IMG/VR virus record: IMGVR_UViG_3300047558_000137
Coordinates: 310,315-374,314 of that record
Reading direction: 5' to 3' (one strand)
DNA length: 64,000 nt
Below, piece by piece: positions 35,974 to 47,388 of the stretch. Within the stretch, counting starts at the first letter, position 1. Each line of letters opens with the position of its first letter. The position numbers were made by a program, and so were the translations under genes. The notes under the pieces were generated by a model. The model did not search any database. It saw only the letters and a program-made list of their open reading frames with translations, and was not told where the DNA came from.

Positions 35974-38733
35974 TTATTGGCCCTGGAAAGCCGACGTAGG
36001 AGGCGTAAAGTTTGCTGTGTATCGTGCAAAACCTTTAGTTATCCTTATGTCATCTAGATATCCACTGAAATAACTAGATGAGGCGTTAGTATCTCGACCA
36101 ACATAAAGAGAATATGGAACACTATAATTTCTACTATCTGAGTATGTAGAACCTACCTGTGTACCGTTGACAAACAATTTAGAACTACCCGAAGCTCTAG
36201 ACAACGCTATGTGATACCAAGTTCCTGTGCTAGGAGTTGCGGGACCAGAAATAGCGGCAGCAACAGTCGGTGAAATATAATAGGTAAAATTACCAGCAAC
36301 TTGATTCCATAGAATACCCATACGGTCAGTTGCGGCATTTGTAGTAGATAACCAAAGTAGGTCTTGTCTACCCGTGGTACTGTTAAAGTTGACCCAAAAC
36401 TCAACAGTAAAGTCTCCAGTTCCAAACGCATACAACGGAGTAGATGCCAAATTAGTAAGATAATCAGTAGTGCCATTGAAACTCATACTGGCAGTGCCAA
36501 ATTTTGTAGTTGCTGTACTTAATTTTGCACTACCTACTGTTACTATGTCGCCTGAAGCGTGTGCATCAACAATACCACCGTTGGTCATATTCATAAGCAG
36601 ACCGGTTCCTGCCACTGCTGTTAGCGGAGCAGTAGGGGGTGTAAATGCTGCCGTATATAATGCTGTTCCTTTAACTACTCTGGCATCAGTGACATAGCCT
36701 TGAGTTGAAGTATTTGTTTCGCCCGGCGATAGTCCTAAATTAAATGTGCCAGTATTACTAAACGAAGACGAATTAGTGTAGGTATAAGTTTGAGTACCAT
36801 TTAAGAATATCCTATTAGTAGATCCACTACGGCTAAATGCAAAGTGATACCATTGCCCTGCTGTAATACCAGATGCAACAGTAGTAGCATTGATAATATC
36901 CCAACTACCATTGTTAGAACTAGAATACATTGTAATAGTAGTGGTCCCGCCACTAGCTGCACCAGTCCAGAACAGATACGGAACGTATGGGGTAGTGCTG
37001 CTACGTTGTGTAAAAATAATCTGCTGACTGTTTGTTAAACTTGTGAGATAAAACCAAGCTTCAACAGTAAAATCTCCCGGTAATGTTGCCCAAGCAGCGT
37101 TATTAGCCACTGAAGTGTAGTCAGTGCCAGCGCCGTTATAATATGCACTGCCACCATTAGTTGCAGGTGCATAAGAGTTTGCGGGTGCAAATGGACTAAA
37201 TGCCTGTGCCGAAATACTACCAGTTGGAGTAATTGCAAAATTGTTTGTTGAATTATCTATTAATCTATTAGATTGTAGCCCTAAGAACACTGTGTTTGCA
37301 ATTGCCGTTAATGGCCCAGTTGGCGGAGTAAAGTTGGCTGTTACGGTGTTCGAGCCACTGTATAGAGCCGTTCCCCTAACAATACGAAAATTAGATATGG
37401 ATCCTCCGCTAAATGGGTAGCCTGTACTATAGTATGCCCCAATAGACAAATAAGTTGTAGATGTATAGTTGGTAGTGTCGGCTGCAGAATATATCTGAAT
37501 ACCGTTGATATAGGTCTTAAAGGTGCTACCCGATTTAACCATTGCAAAATGATACCACTGATTTATTGCAGGGGTGGTGCCAATCCCACTGGGATCACCA
37601 CTATTTCCTTGAAAAAGGTGCCATAAATTATTATACGTTGACAATGCTACTGCATTAGTAGAGTTACTTGGTAGATATCCACCAGATGATATTTGAAAGA
37701 TACCATTATTGCTACCTATAACACTAAACATTACCCAGCCTTCTATTGTAAAATCTCCCGCTCCGAGCCCGCCGGTTATAGATGCATTTAAGTATGATGT
37801 AGTAGAAGGAGTATAATATTGACTCCATCCTGTGGCACTGAATGGACTAAATGTTCCTTGTGTTGCACTTCCTGCACGAGTAACTGTTAAGTTATTTGTG
37901 CTACTATCTAAGAAAGTATTGTTAGTTGCAGCATTGGCAGTATTATTACCAGTGTCGCCGTTTAACAAAAGTGTGGTATAATTAAACTGTGGGTCAGATA
38001 CTGCAACAGTCCAAGTAATAGTTTGCTGTGTAGCCTGCCCTTCTTGGTCAGTTGCAATAAGAACAATTGTACCTGTTGTATTTGCAACATATCCTGTTGG
38101 TGTACCGCTTAAATAACCGGCACTTACTAAGCTGATTCCAGTGGGCAATGTACTACCTGCCTGTAGTGTATACGTTAACGTGCTATCACTTGATGCTACC
38201 AATGAAACGTTACCTGCTGCCCCGTTTTGAAAACTTACTGCGGCTGTGGTCCAACTCGGAACACCAGAATACCGTACACCGTTTGTGGTAATTGTTCCAA
38301 CGTTGGTTGGCGAAAAAATCATCAAATTAACGTTACCTGCACTTGCTGCGGGACAAATAGCACGTATCTGAGATGAGCTAATAAATGTGTTTGATACCAG
38401 AGTATTATTAATATAGACATTACTATTGGCAACAAAGTTAGTGCCATTAATTAATATATTTCCGCCTGCTGTGCTCACCGCAATATAGCCAACAATAACA
38501 GCATTGTTAGAGTCTAAATACTGAACGTTAGCAATAGTTGGGCCACTTGCAACTGTAACCGTTGAAACTGAAGCACTAGTGCCCGGAGCCACTACTCCCA
38601 AATTAATTGTTGACGAAGCATTTATCTTAGCTCCAGACACCGAAATACCAGTAGGCGTGTAGATATCTACTGTTTGCCCACTAATAGCACTAGCAGCCTG
38701 TGTTCTACGTGTACTAGATGCTCGAACACCCAT
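35974..38733 (-). CDS. Virion protein with Ig-like and three LamG/ConA-like lectin domains
   Basis: Three GDFT(I/V)E.W...WYH.A...R(I/V).KG.A.YT..FTPPT modules. Confidence 0.85.
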   Translation of the reverse strand: MGVRASSTRRTQAASAISGQTVDIYTPTGISVSGAKINASSTINLGVVAPGTSASVSTVTVASGPTIANVQYLDSNNAVIVGYIAVSTAGGNILINGTNFVANSNVYINNTLVSNTFISSSQIRAICPAASAGNVNLMIFSPTNVGTITTNGVRYSGVPSWTTAAVSFQNGAAGNVSLVASSDSTLTYTLQAGSTLPTGISLVSAGYLSGTPTGYVANTTGTIVLIATDQEGQATQQTITWTVAVSDPQFNYTTLLLNGDTGNNTANAATNNTFLDSSTNNLTVTRAGSATQGTFSPFSATGWSQYYTPSTTSYLNASITGGLGAGDFTIEGWVMFSVIGSNNGIFQISSGGYLPSNSTNAVALSTYNNLWHLFQGNSGDPSGIGTTPAINQWYHFAMVKSGSTFKTYINGIQIYSAADTTNYTSTTYLSIGAYYSTGYPFSGGSISNFRIVRGTALYSGSNTVTANFTPPTGPLTAIANTVFLGLQSNRLIDNSTNNFAITPTGSISAQAFSPFAPANSYAPATNGGSAYYNGAGTDYTSVANNAAWATLPGDFTVEAWFYLTSLTNSQQIIFTQRSSTTPYVPYLFWTGAASGGTTTITMYSSSNNGSWDIINATTVASGITAGQWYHFAFSRSGSTNRIFLNGTQTYTYTNSSSFSNTGTFNLGLSPGETNTSTQGYVTDARVVKGTALYTAAFTPPTAPLTAVAGTGLLMNMTNGGIVDAHASGDIVTVGSAKLSTATTKFGTASMSFNGTTDYLTNLASTPLYAFGTGDFTVEFWVNFNSTTGRQDLLWLSTTNAATDRMGILWNQVAGNFTYYISPTVAAAISGPATPSTGTWYHIALSRASGSSKLFVNGTQVGSTYSDSRNYSVPYSLYVGRDTNASSSYFSGYLDDIRITKGFARYTANFTPPTSAFQGQ

Positions 38734-39062
38734 TATGACAACTCGCTTCCAAATGCACTTATTGATACATTACCAATACCAGCGTTTGCACTCAATACAT
38801 CAGTATTACCTAGAGTCATACCAATGGTCAGCGTAATTGTATCGTTGCCTGGCAAAGGAGTATTGTAGTTAATATAGTGTTTGCTTGAGATAGCAGCATT
38901 TCCTGGCTGTACTGCTATACTAAATGTTGTTGCGTTGGCGCTTTGATTACATACTGCAATGGTACTAATCACTGTTTGTGTTGCCGCGGGTACTGTATAT
39001 ACCGTAGTTAATATGTTTGCCGTTGGGTTAATCTGTCCCAGTACTTTATATGTTGTTGCCAT
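38733..39062 (-). CDS. Small virion structural protein
   Basis: MATTYKVLGQ...YTVPA...FGSEL. Confidence 0.75.
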   Translation of the reverse strand: MATTYKVLGQINPTANILTTVYTVPAATQTVISTIAVCNQSANATTFSIAVQPGNAAISSKHYINYNTPLPGNDTITLTIGMTLGNTDVLSANAGIGNVSISAFGSELS

Positions 39063-39070
39063 TTTCTTCC

Positions 39071-39775
39071 TTATGTCCCCATTAACAAGAATGGGCTAAG
39101 TACATCCCCGCCGGGTATAGTAACTGTTCCGCTACTTATAGTTGGGCTTGTTATATCAACCCAAAAACTACCAGTACTAACGTTTTGATATTCATACAAA
39201 ATATCACCTGTTGTGTAATACCATTGATCTCCGGTCTTTGGACTTGTTGGTGCTGTTGTTGATGCAGTATATGTAATGCCACTGCCGCCGCCACTGCCAC
39301 TACTATAAGGACTGCCGTTAGCCCAATATACGCCACTGGTAGTCACTAGATTAGCAACTGTAGTAGTTGTGCCTGCTGTGTTAGCATATATGTTACCACC
39401 AAACGTTACTGTATTAACATTGGCGGCTAAGTTAGCTAACATCTGAACGTTACCATAGCTACTGCTTACAAACGGAGTACCATTTGCAAAATAGAAAGCA
39501 TTGGCACTGATATTTCCCACAGTGACGTTTGCGTAGCTAGTTGCTGATACATTAGTATTAGTTACGCCGGCATTGTTTGTATAGGCTACAACCATGCTTT
39601 GAGCACTCTCGCTCCAGTATAGTGCTACATTGCTAACTAGACCATTTGCTCGATTAAACAAGAATCCAACGTCGACGTTGGCACTGGTTGCACCTTGATG
39701 CAGAACTGTAATTGGGTCAGTAAATCCAATTATACTTGTGTCAATATCCTTAATTTTTGGTCTTGTTAATGCCAT
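39071..39775 (-). CDS. Fibre-associated structural protein
   Basis: MALTRPK, APTSPKTGDQWY, LSPFLLMG. Confidence 0.75.
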   Translation of the reverse strand: MALTRPKIKDIDTSIIGFTDPITVLHQGATSANVDVGFLFNRANGLVSNVALYWSESAQSMVVAYTNNAGVTNTNVSATSYANVTVGNISANAFYFANGTPFVSSSYGNVQMLANLAANVNTVTFGGNIYANTAGTTTTVANLVTTSGVYWANGSPYSSGSGGGSGITYTASTTAPTSPKTGDQWYYTTGDILYEYQNVSTGSFWVDITSPTISSGTVTIPGGDVLSPFLLMGT

Positions 39776-39805
39776 AGCTTATCCACTAATACTCAGTATT
39801 TAGTT

Positions 39806-39829
39806 AAAAAGAAAAGGGCCGAAGCCCTT
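39806..39829 (-). terminator. Intrinsic terminator with cUUCGg tetraloop
   Basis: AAGGGC-TTCG-GCCCTT-TTCTTTTT. Confidence 0.8.
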
Positions 39830-39849
39830 CATCTTTTAGTATGAGTTGT

Positions 39850-40944
39850 TTATACTCTTCCGATAACTACTTCGATTTGGCCTTTTGCGCCACCAAAATC
39901 TGCAAGTGCTTTACCGATAACTTGTCCAATTTGGGCATTGTTATTTGTTTTAGCGTAACCAAATCCTGCACTAACCATTAAGTCACCTTTGGCAACTGGG
40001 CCAATTACATTACATGGTACACGACCTGTTAGAGCCAATGGAACTACGTTTGTACCTTGTAAGCCACCATTCATCAAGTGAGCAGGGTTTGTAGATACAA
40101 CACCAGCTACTCGCTTTGTATCCGGTGTTGCTAATGTAACTTCTGCTGTACCGCCAAATTCAAGTACCTGTCCTGCGGCATATTGAGCATCAGCTTGATA
40201 GTTTTCTGCCAAGTCAGCATATTTGGCCTGGGTAGCAATACCATAGAATGTATTCCACCAAGTAGTAGATGATCCTAAGTTATAGGTTACGTTAGCACCA
40301 GGTAAAATGTGTCCTGCTTTAATTGTGTCCCAAACTAAACCTGCGTCAGACCAGTTAACTGTGCCTGTTGGTTCACTTGCCACGTTGCTAAAAAAGTTCC
40401 AGGTATTACTAGAGAAAGCTCGTACAACACCAGTGTGTTGGTAAATGTTTGACCCACCGCCAACAAAGTGACTGTACATACCAATATCAAAGTTATATGG
40501 ATATGCGTTGGCTGCTAAGTAAACCAATGGTGCAGTAACGTTTAATTGAGAAGAACTTACAGTGTTCAAACTTGCTGCATATAAGTTGCCGCCAACACGC
40601 AAATCACCCCCAATACCTGCACCGCCGGCAACTACTAAAGCACCTGTAGTGGTACTTGATGTTGCTGTTGTTGATGCTGCTACAACGTTACCTGATACTG
40701 TTGCTATACCACCTATGTTTACTGCTCCGGATACACCAGCACCACCAACTACTACTAAAGCACCTGTAGTTGTACTCGAACTGGTTGTGCCCGATCCTGC
40801 TACTAAGTTTGCTGATCCAATTACTGTTGGACTTGTACTAGTAGAAGTTATCGGGCCTGATGTACTTAAACTGCCATCTGTTGCGCTAATTGTCAACGCA
40901 CCTACTTGAAGTCCGTTTTGTACTACGAAATTACCATTTGCCAT
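39850..40944 (-). CDS. Fibre protein with C-terminal YADLAE autoproteolytic chaperone-like domain
   Basis: Paralog of 34642-35952. Confidence 0.75.
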   Translation of the reverse strand: MANGNFVVQNGLQVGALTISATDGSLSTSGPITSTSTSPTVIGSANLVAGSGTTSSSTTTGALVVVGGAGVSGAVNIGGIATVSGNVVAASTTATSSTTTGALVVAGGAGIGGDLRVGGNLYAASLNTVSSSQLNVTAPLVYLAANAYPYNFDIGMYSHFVGGGSNIYQHTGVVRAFSSNTWNFFSNVASEPTGTVNWSDAGLVWDTIKAGHILPGANVTYNLGSSTTWWNTFYGIATQAKYADLAENYQADAQYAAGQVLEFGGTAEVTLATPDTKRVAGVVSTNPAHLMNGGLQGTNVVPLALTGRVPCNVIGPVAKGDLMVSAGFGYAKTNNNAQIGQVIGKALADFGGAKGQIEVVIGRV

Positions 40945-40983
40945 TTTTTATTTTCCTTCGGTTCCATATTCCCCGTTAAAGGT

Positions 40984-43900
40984 TTAGATTGCTATATAAT
41001 CTTTCTGGATTCTTACTGTGTTAGTTGCATTAGTTGCAATAAAGCTCAACGTTGTTGTTGACCCAGATTGCGATGCAGCAACTACACCTAAGTTTCCGCT
41101 TGTCTGTACCACAGCGTATGTTACTTGTGTGGCTGTTGTTCCGTCTGTTACAACTAGAACTTCTTGTGCTTGATAGTTTGCACCATTCTTAACTTGAATA
41201 ATGTACTTAGCAGTTCTATAACTGTTGCTGCTAAAGCTGTCAAGTGTAGTTACGGTATTTGCACTAGCAACACTTACGTTGGCTATAGCACTAACTTGTC
41301 CACCTGTGGTATCCCAGTACGTTGTTGCTGTAGTACTAGAACTACCTGTGTATACGTATGCACCATTGTTATCAACTTGGAACTGCATGTAACCGTTAAC
41401 ACTAGCAATACCAGTCACGGTTTGTGTAGTTGTTAATCTACGTACATCGATTGTGTCACCTATTGATGGAGCTTCTGTAAATGTTAATGTTGCACCACTT
41501 ACACTATATGCAACAGTAGGTTGTTGTAACACACCGTTGATTGCAACCATAACTGCGGCAGTAGTAGAACTACCTGCCATAGTAAAGGCCACTGTGCTAC
41601 CATCGCCTGTAAATGTATCAACTGCAATAACAGTAAACTGACTACTTACCAAGTTCCATCCAGGGGTAGATCCACCGTAGTATTCGATTGCACCTAGTGT
41701 AGTGTTATAACGGAACATACCAACTGTATCTGTTCCGCCGGCACTACCAGGACGCTGAGCACTTGTACCTGTTGGTAGCAAGATTGAGTCTGTTGTGTTG
41801 ATCTGTAATTTTGCACCAGTTACAAACGTACTTGCTGTTGCACTGTTACCGATTAAAACTTGATCGTAAGTTGCGCTTGGACGAGCCCATAACAGCGTAG
41901 TATCGTTCTTACCTCGGATAATAGTATCGTACCCAGCAGTTTGACTGCCGTTTAGTACGGTTGCACCACCGTGATATGTGTTACCACTTATACTTGTGCC
42001 ACCCCATACTTGGAACGCACCAGTATTGGCTGTATTAGTATTGTTTGTTGGCAATTTAACAACAAATGTACCACTGTTGCTTGAGTTGCCATGGAAACGT
42101 GCAACTTCTGCGTTGGCGTGGAATGATCCGGAACCAATTACAATGTCTTTGTAACTACCAAAATCACTAGTACTAATTACTAAGTTGCCGCCATATGAAT
42201 TATCAGTTGGCTTAGTAAACAAATAACCATCATGTGGTTTAGTAATTGTATAGTTGCCGTCGTTAAATCCAGAACCAGCAACACCCATGTCAACCCAACC
42301 ACCGGCGTCTGTACCAATGTCAGAGTAGGCAGCATAGTCTGAAGAACCATAACTGTTAGTGTTCTTTAATGCAATTTGAGCATAGTTAACACCGTTGTCT
42401 GTTGCAATAATTGTTGGAGTGCCAACATTTACGTTATAAGAAGCAGAACCAATGTATAGGTTGTTACCAATGTATGCGTTACCTGCAATGCTTGCACCAC
42501 CAGCAGATACAACTAATGCACCAATACCAATACCAGTGTTCTCTGTTGCACTTGCGGCAACTAGGTTACCATTGAATACGCCAGTCTGCGTGAATGTTGC
42601 AGCTTGAGCTACACTTAATGTAGAATTTAATGTAGTTGTACCAGTAACTGTTAGAGTATTACCTACTAATACTTCTTTACCAGTAACAATGTTACCGCTA
42701 ACACCGATGCCACCTTTAACAACTAATGCACCTGTTGTATCACTGGTACTAGCTGTTCCGCTGACTGCAACAATATTGCCACCGGAGATAAATGTACCGC
42801 TTGATGTTAATGTAGTAAATGCACCAGATTCTGGAGTAACGTTACCAATTACACCTTGGATACCACCACCAACGTTTAACGCACCAGCAATTCCGGTGCC
42901 ACCTGATACTACTAACGCACCCGATGAAGTACTTGTTGATACTGTTGTGTTGGCTGCTATAAATTGGCCAGTTTTTATTGTACCATATGTGCCGGTGATA
43001 ATGTTACCATTTTCACCAGTTACTGGACTAACAAATTCATACCATTCAAAGTGGCCAGTGTCTGCTGTACGACCAAAGAACGCAGATGACTCATCACTGA
43101 TTGCCGGATTCCAGAAATGCACTCTCATACCAGAATCAAAGAATTTCACATTGCTGGCTATGGCTGCGCCGTTGGCTCCAGTATTCAATTCAATAATCGG
43201 ATCTTGAATTGTTACCTTTGTACTATTAATATGCGTACCCACGCCATTGACATATAAGTTACCACCGATTACTGCTGTGCCGCCAGCATTAATTGCACCA
43301 GATACACCAATGCCACCTGATACTACTAGGGCACCTGTTGTAGTGCCACCGCTAGCTGTGCCGCTGGCTGCAACAATGTTACCGCCTGTTTGTAAAACAC
43401 CGCCGATGCCAACACCACCTGTTACTACTAATGCACCTGTAGTTGTGCTTGTGCTTGCAGTGCTGTTACTAAATGATGCGCCTGTACCAATTAATTGTTT
43501 GTTTAGGTTCCAACTGTCTGTTGCAGAAGTATATAACAATGTAGCACTTGCGCCATCAACTGTTAGCCCTGCGCCGTTTGCAGCGGCAGCACTCGCTGCA
43601 CCTTTGGCTACTGTAATATTCAAGTCCGTTACATCAAGTGTAGTAGATTGAATAGCAGTCATTGTACCTTGAACTGTTAGGTTACCTGCAATAATTGCAT
43701 TGCCACCGACGTTCAAGTTTTTAGTAATGCCAGCACCACCGGAAACAATTAATGCACCATTGGAACTAGTAGTCGATTCAGTTGCGTTAGTTACTGAGGC
43801 TACGCCTCCTACATTAATTGCACCGGATATGCCTGCCCCGCCAACTACTACTAAAGCGCCTGTAGTTGTGTTTGTACTTGCCGTACCACTGGCTGCTACA

Positions 43901-45681
43901 ACGTTTCCACTTAGTGTGGATATGCCAGTTACGCCTAGTGTTGATTGTAATGTCGCGGCTCCTGCTACGTTAATAACGCCGCCGATATATGCGGCTCCTG
44001 CTACACCTATACCACCAGTTGATACAATTGCTCCCGTGGTTGTACTTGAACTACTTGTTCCGCTGGCAGCAACAATATTACCAGTGCTGGTAAATGAACT
44101 GCTAGCAGTTAATGTTGTAAATGCACCAGTGCTTGCTGTACTAGACCCAATTGGTGTATTTTGAATACTACCGGCATAAATTGCACCACTAACACCGGCG
44201 CCGCCTGCAACTACTAATGCACCTGTGGTTGTATTTGTACTTGCTGTACCACTGGCTGCTACAACGTTACCACTAGCAGTTATGGTAGAACCAAATGTTG
44301 CAGCACCAGTCTGTGAACTAGTACCACCGACGTTTAATGCGCCACTAATGCCAGCTCCACCTGCAACTACTAATGCACCTGTAGTTGTACTTGAACTAGT
44401 TGTGCCACTTGCTGCCACAATGTTGCCAGCGGCATTAATTATTCCGCCTGTGTATAATGCGCCCGATATACCAGCGCCTCCAGTGACACGCAATGCACCA
44501 GTTGTTGAACTAGTTGCTGCTGTAGTTTGCTTTAATATTAAATAACCGCCATTACTTACGTTGCCATGGAAACGTGCAACTTCGGCGTTTGAGAAAAATG
44601 ATCCTACACTAATTGCAATATCGTTATAGCTACCTGCTTCGCTGGTACCGATTACTAAATTACCGCCGTATGTGCTGCTTAACGGACGAGTAATTAAATA
44701 TCCGTCTTGTGGTGCTGTAATTGTATAGTTGCCATCGCTAAATGTTGATCCGGCTATACCAACATCAACCCAGCCCCCAGAATCAGTTCCGTTATCAGCA
44801 TAGGCTGCAAAGTCAGATGATCCTGATCCTGCACTGTTAACCATTGCTATTTGAGCGTATGTTGACCCGTTGTCAACTGCAATAATAGCCGGAGCAGTTA
44901 AGTTTTTACTAAATGATGTACTACCAATATACATGTTGTTGCCAACATATAAATTACTTGCAATAGATGCACCGCCGGTGCCAGTAATTATTAATGCGCC
45001 AGTGGTTGCACTTGTTGTATCTACACTACTTGAAAGTATTACGTTACCACCCAAGTTTGTTCTTCCGGCTACACCCATGCCACCAACTACTACTAGCGCA
45101 CCAGTAGTAGAACTTGTGCTTACTGCACTGCTTGCAGCAACAATATTACCTGTGCCTGTTAACACACCGGAAATATTTGTTGTATCCAAAGTAGATGTGC
45201 CAGTTACACCTAGTGTTGTGCCAACCGTTAAACTATTTGTTACTGTACCAGAAACTACTGTTGTATTACCAAGTTTTGCGTTAGCAAATCCAGTGTTATT
45301 AATAGCACCAGCGGTTGTGCCAGTTTCAGTGGTCATTATGGCTTCAAACGCTGCATCTGCTTCTTTCCATACCCATGCTGCGTTTACAGAACCATATGGC
45401 GCTAAACTGCTTAGGTTACGGTTAACCAACATACCAATATCGTATGTTGGAGACCCAGCATAATTGTTGTTAAACACAACAATCGGGTCATTAATGTAGG
45501 TGTTAATTGAGTTTAGCTGTGCAAAGCTATTTGCCACAGTTAAGTTACCAAGGATAGTAACGTTTGAGTTTAATGTTAGGTTTGCATTAAATACAGATCC
45601 AACTAAGGTACCCGGTGCCAATTTGACATAGGTAATTGTTGAGTCTGTAATCTGATTATTCTTAATTCTGGTAACGGCCAT
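40984..45681 (-). CDS. Long repetitive tail fibre/baseplate-associated protein
   Basis: More than ten TTGALVVxGGxGIxG repeats; start likely MAVTRIK. Confidence 0.8.
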   Translation of the reverse strand: MAVTRIKNNQITDSTITYVKLAPGTLVGSVFNANLTLNSNVTILGNLTVANSFAQLNSINTYINDPIVVFNNNYAGSPTYDIGMLVNRNLSSLAPYGSVNAAWVWKEADAAFEAIMTTETGTTAGAINNTGFANAKLGNTTVVSGTVTNSLTVGTTLGVTGTSTLDTTNISGVLTGTGNIVAASSAVSTSSTTGALVVVGGMGVAGRTNLGGNVILSSSVDTTSATTGALIITGTGGASIASNLYVGNNMYIGSTSFSKNLTAPAIIAVDNGSTYAQIAMVNSAGSGSSDFAAYADNGTDSGGWVDVGIAGSTFSDGNYTITAPQDGYLITRPLSSTYGGNLVIGTSEAGSYNDIAISVGSFFSNAEVARFHGNVSNGGYLILKQTTAATSSTTGALRVTGGAGISGALYTGGIINAAGNIVAASGTTSSSTTTGALVVAGGAGISGALNVGGTSSQTGAATFGSTITASGNVVAASGTASTNTTTGALVVAGGAGVSGAIYAGSIQNTPIGSSTASTGAFTTLTASSSFTSTGNIVAASGTSSSSTTTGAIVSTGGIGVAGAAYIGGVINVAGAATLQSTLGVTGISTLSGNVVAASGTASTNTTTGALVVVGGAGISGAINVGGVASVTNATESTTSSNGALIVSGGAGITKNLNVGGNAIIAGNLTVQGTMTAIQSTTLDVTDLNITVAKGAASAAAANGAGLTVDGASATLLYTSATDSWNLNKQLIGTGASFSNSTASTSTTTGALVVTGGVGIGGVLQTGGNIVAASGTASGGTTTGALVVSGGIGVSGAINAGGTAVIGGNLYVNGVGTHINSTKVTIQDPIIELNTGANGAAIASNVKFFDSGMRVHFWNPAISDESSAFFGRTADTGHFEWYEFVSPVTGENGNIITGTYGTIKTGQFIAANTTVSTSTSSGALVVSGGTGIAGALNVGGGIQGVIGNVTPESGAFTTLTSSGTFISGGNIVAVSGTASTSDTTGALVVKGGIGVSGNIVTGKEVLVGNTLTVTGTTTLNSTLSVAQAATFTQTGVFNGNLVAASATENTGIGIGALVVSAGGASIAGNAYIGNNLYIGSASYNVNVGTPTIIATDNGVNYAQIALKNTNSYGSSDYAAYSDIGTDAGGWVDMGVAGSGFNDGNYTITKPHDGYLFTKPTDNSYGGNLVISTSDFGSYKDIVIGSGSFHANAEVARFHGNSSNSGTFVVKLPTNNTNTANTGAFQVWGGTSISGNTYHGGATVLNGSQTAGYDTIIRGKNDTTLLWARPSATYDQVLIGNSATASTFVTGAKLQINTTDSILLPTGTSAQRPGSAGGTDTVGMFRYNTTLGAIEYYGGSTPGWNLVSSQFTVIAVDTFTGDGSTVAFTMAGSSTTAAVMVAINGVLQQPTVAYSVSGATLTFTEAPSIGDTIDVRRLTTTQTVTGIASVNGYMQFQVDNNGAYVYTGSSSTTATTYWDTTGGQVSAIANVSVASANTVTTLDSFSSNSYRTAKYIIQVKNGANYQAQEVLVVTDGTTATQVTYAVVQTSGNLGVVAASQSGSTTTLSFIATNATNTVRIQKDYIAI

Positions 45682-45765
45682 TTCCCACTGCTCCAATTAT
45701 AGTGTATTTAGCCAAAAGGAAAGGTTTATAGCTTGCGGGCTATAAAATAATTAAGTTGATTGATT

Positions 45766-47379
45766 TTAGTAGCCGCCAGTTAACGGGCTACGTTTCCATG
45801 TATTTGTAGCTGTACAAACATAGATATAATTAGCATCCCAGCAAATTTGTCCCGTTGTGCCAGGTGCTGTGCTTGTTTTTGTTGCTTGTGGTGCCGATAA
45901 TATACCACTAAGTGTAATATTACCTGATACTGTTAAATCATCAGACAATGTTGTATTCATACTTACAACACCACCTAAGAATCTAATGTCAATTACGTCA
46001 GTTGATGTTGGTACTTCAGCAAAAGTAATTTGTGTTCCACTAACTGTATAAGCCACACCGGGCTGTTGTATAGTACCGTTAATGCTTACTAGAATACTAG
46101 TATTTGTAGCTGTTTGATCTAACGTGAATACATTATTTGTGTCGTCGCCGGTAATTGTTTGATCTGTTACGGTGTTTGTAACTGATATCCACACACTACC
46201 GTTGTAATACTCAACTGTTGAATTATCTGTGTTAAATCTAGTATATCCTGGTACCCCTGAAGGTCTATGTGCAGTATCTCCCACTGGTAACTTAATTGCA
46301 CTTGATCCAACAAAACTAACAGATGATGTTACATTAGATCCAATATAATCAGTATGCAAGTTGCCGCTTAACATTACATTACCGGCATTGATATTTCCGT
46401 TGAATATTGTTAGATAACTAGCAACGTTTGCGTTTGAATATACCTGTGTTTGTAATGTTGCGATTGCTGCGTTGGCTGCAGAGACGTTAGCATTTAATAA
46501 ATTAATACTAGTTGCCTGTGTAGCAGCATTACTAAACAATGTAGTAATGTTTGTTGTTGCTGTGCCCAGGTTAGCATCTAAATTACCTAACCACGTGGCC
46601 TGTACTGCGGCATTACTAAACAATGTTGAAACATTTGATTGTAATGTTGATATTGCAGAATTAGCTGCTGTTACATTGGCATCGATATTATTAATTGCAG
46701 TAGCCTGCGTGGCTGCATTACTAAACAATGTAGTAATGTTTGTAGTAGTTGTACCTAGGTTTGCATCTAAGTTACCTAGCCATGTTGTATGTACTGCGGT
46801 TGTTGCTTGTAAGGCGCTTACGTTAGAGGCTGTTGAACTTAAATTGCTGTAAACATCAACGCCGTTTACTGTTGCAGATGCAACATGAATAGTTGTACCA
46901 GAGCTGTCGGTAATATTACCTAGCAGTTCATTTAATCCTGCAATAGCATCAGTAATCTTTGTTGTTGTAGTAAATGTTAATGCATTACTAAAAGAACCTG
47001 TTGTGTTAGTTCCTAAGGGGATATTATCGCCCTCAAATCCTTCAAGGTTTGTTAGAGTTTGTAAGTTACCCCAACTTAAATTACCGTTACCATCTGTATA
47101 TACAATATCATACGCATTACCGCCAGTGACAATTACATTACTAATTGATCCTAGTCCTACTTTACCAGTATTACTAGTAATTGTATTACCAAGTATTATA
47201 AGGTTAGCAAGTTTAACATTACCGGGACTATCAAAACTATAGGCAGGGCTAGAATTATTAATGCCAACACGACGTGAAGACACATCAGCATATATTAAAT
47301 TCCCGTCAATAGCAAGATTAACACCCTGGCGTTCCAGGTTGCTAAACAACATTGGTCCGGTAATGCGCCCTATTGCCAT
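45766..47379 (-). CDS. Fibre/baseplate-associated structural protein with coiled-coil duplication
   Basis: MAIGRITGPM; 63-aa internal duplication; C-terminal WDANYIYVC.ATNTWKR. Confidence 0.8.
   Translation of the reverse strand: MAIGRITGPMLFSNLERQGVNLAIDGNLIYADVSSRRVGINNSSPAYSFDSPGNVKLANLIILGNTITSNTGKVGLGSISNVIVTGGNAYDIVYTDGNGNLSWGNLQTLTNLEGFEGDNIPLGTNTTGSFSNALTFTTTTKITDAIAGLNELLGNITDSSGTTIHVASATVNGVDVYSNLSSTASNVSALQATTAVHTTWLGNLDANLGTTTTNITTLFSNAATQATAINNIDANVTAANSAISTLQSNVSTLFSNAAVQATWLGNLDANLGTATTNITTLFSNAATQATSINLLNANVSAANAAIATLQTQVYSNANVASYLTIFNGNINAGNVMLSGNLHTDYIGSNVTSSVSFVGSSAIKLPVGDTAHRPSGVPGYTRFNTDNSTVEYYNGSVWISVTNTVTDQTITGDDTNNVFTLDQTATNTSILVSINGTIQQPGVAYTVSGTQITFAEVPTSTDVIDIRFLGGVVSMNTTLSDDLTVSGNITLSGILSAPQATKTSTAPGTTGQICWDANYIYVCTATNTWKRSPLTGGY
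46480..46795 (-). repeat. Intragenic tandem duplication, period 189 nt
   Basis: GCATTACTAAACAATGTAGTAATGTTTGT at 46526 and 46715, partial copy at 46610; protein TWLGNLDANLGT.TTNITTLFSNAATQAT x2. Confidence 0.85.
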
Positions 47380-47388
47380 TTACACTCC

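Noticed and set aside
42689-45463. Long plus-strand ORFs opposite the fibre gene (and similar ones opposite sheath, capsid, gp32)
   Set aside because: Antisense shadows of Gly/Thr/Ala/Val-rich codons, with no RBS or independent motifs
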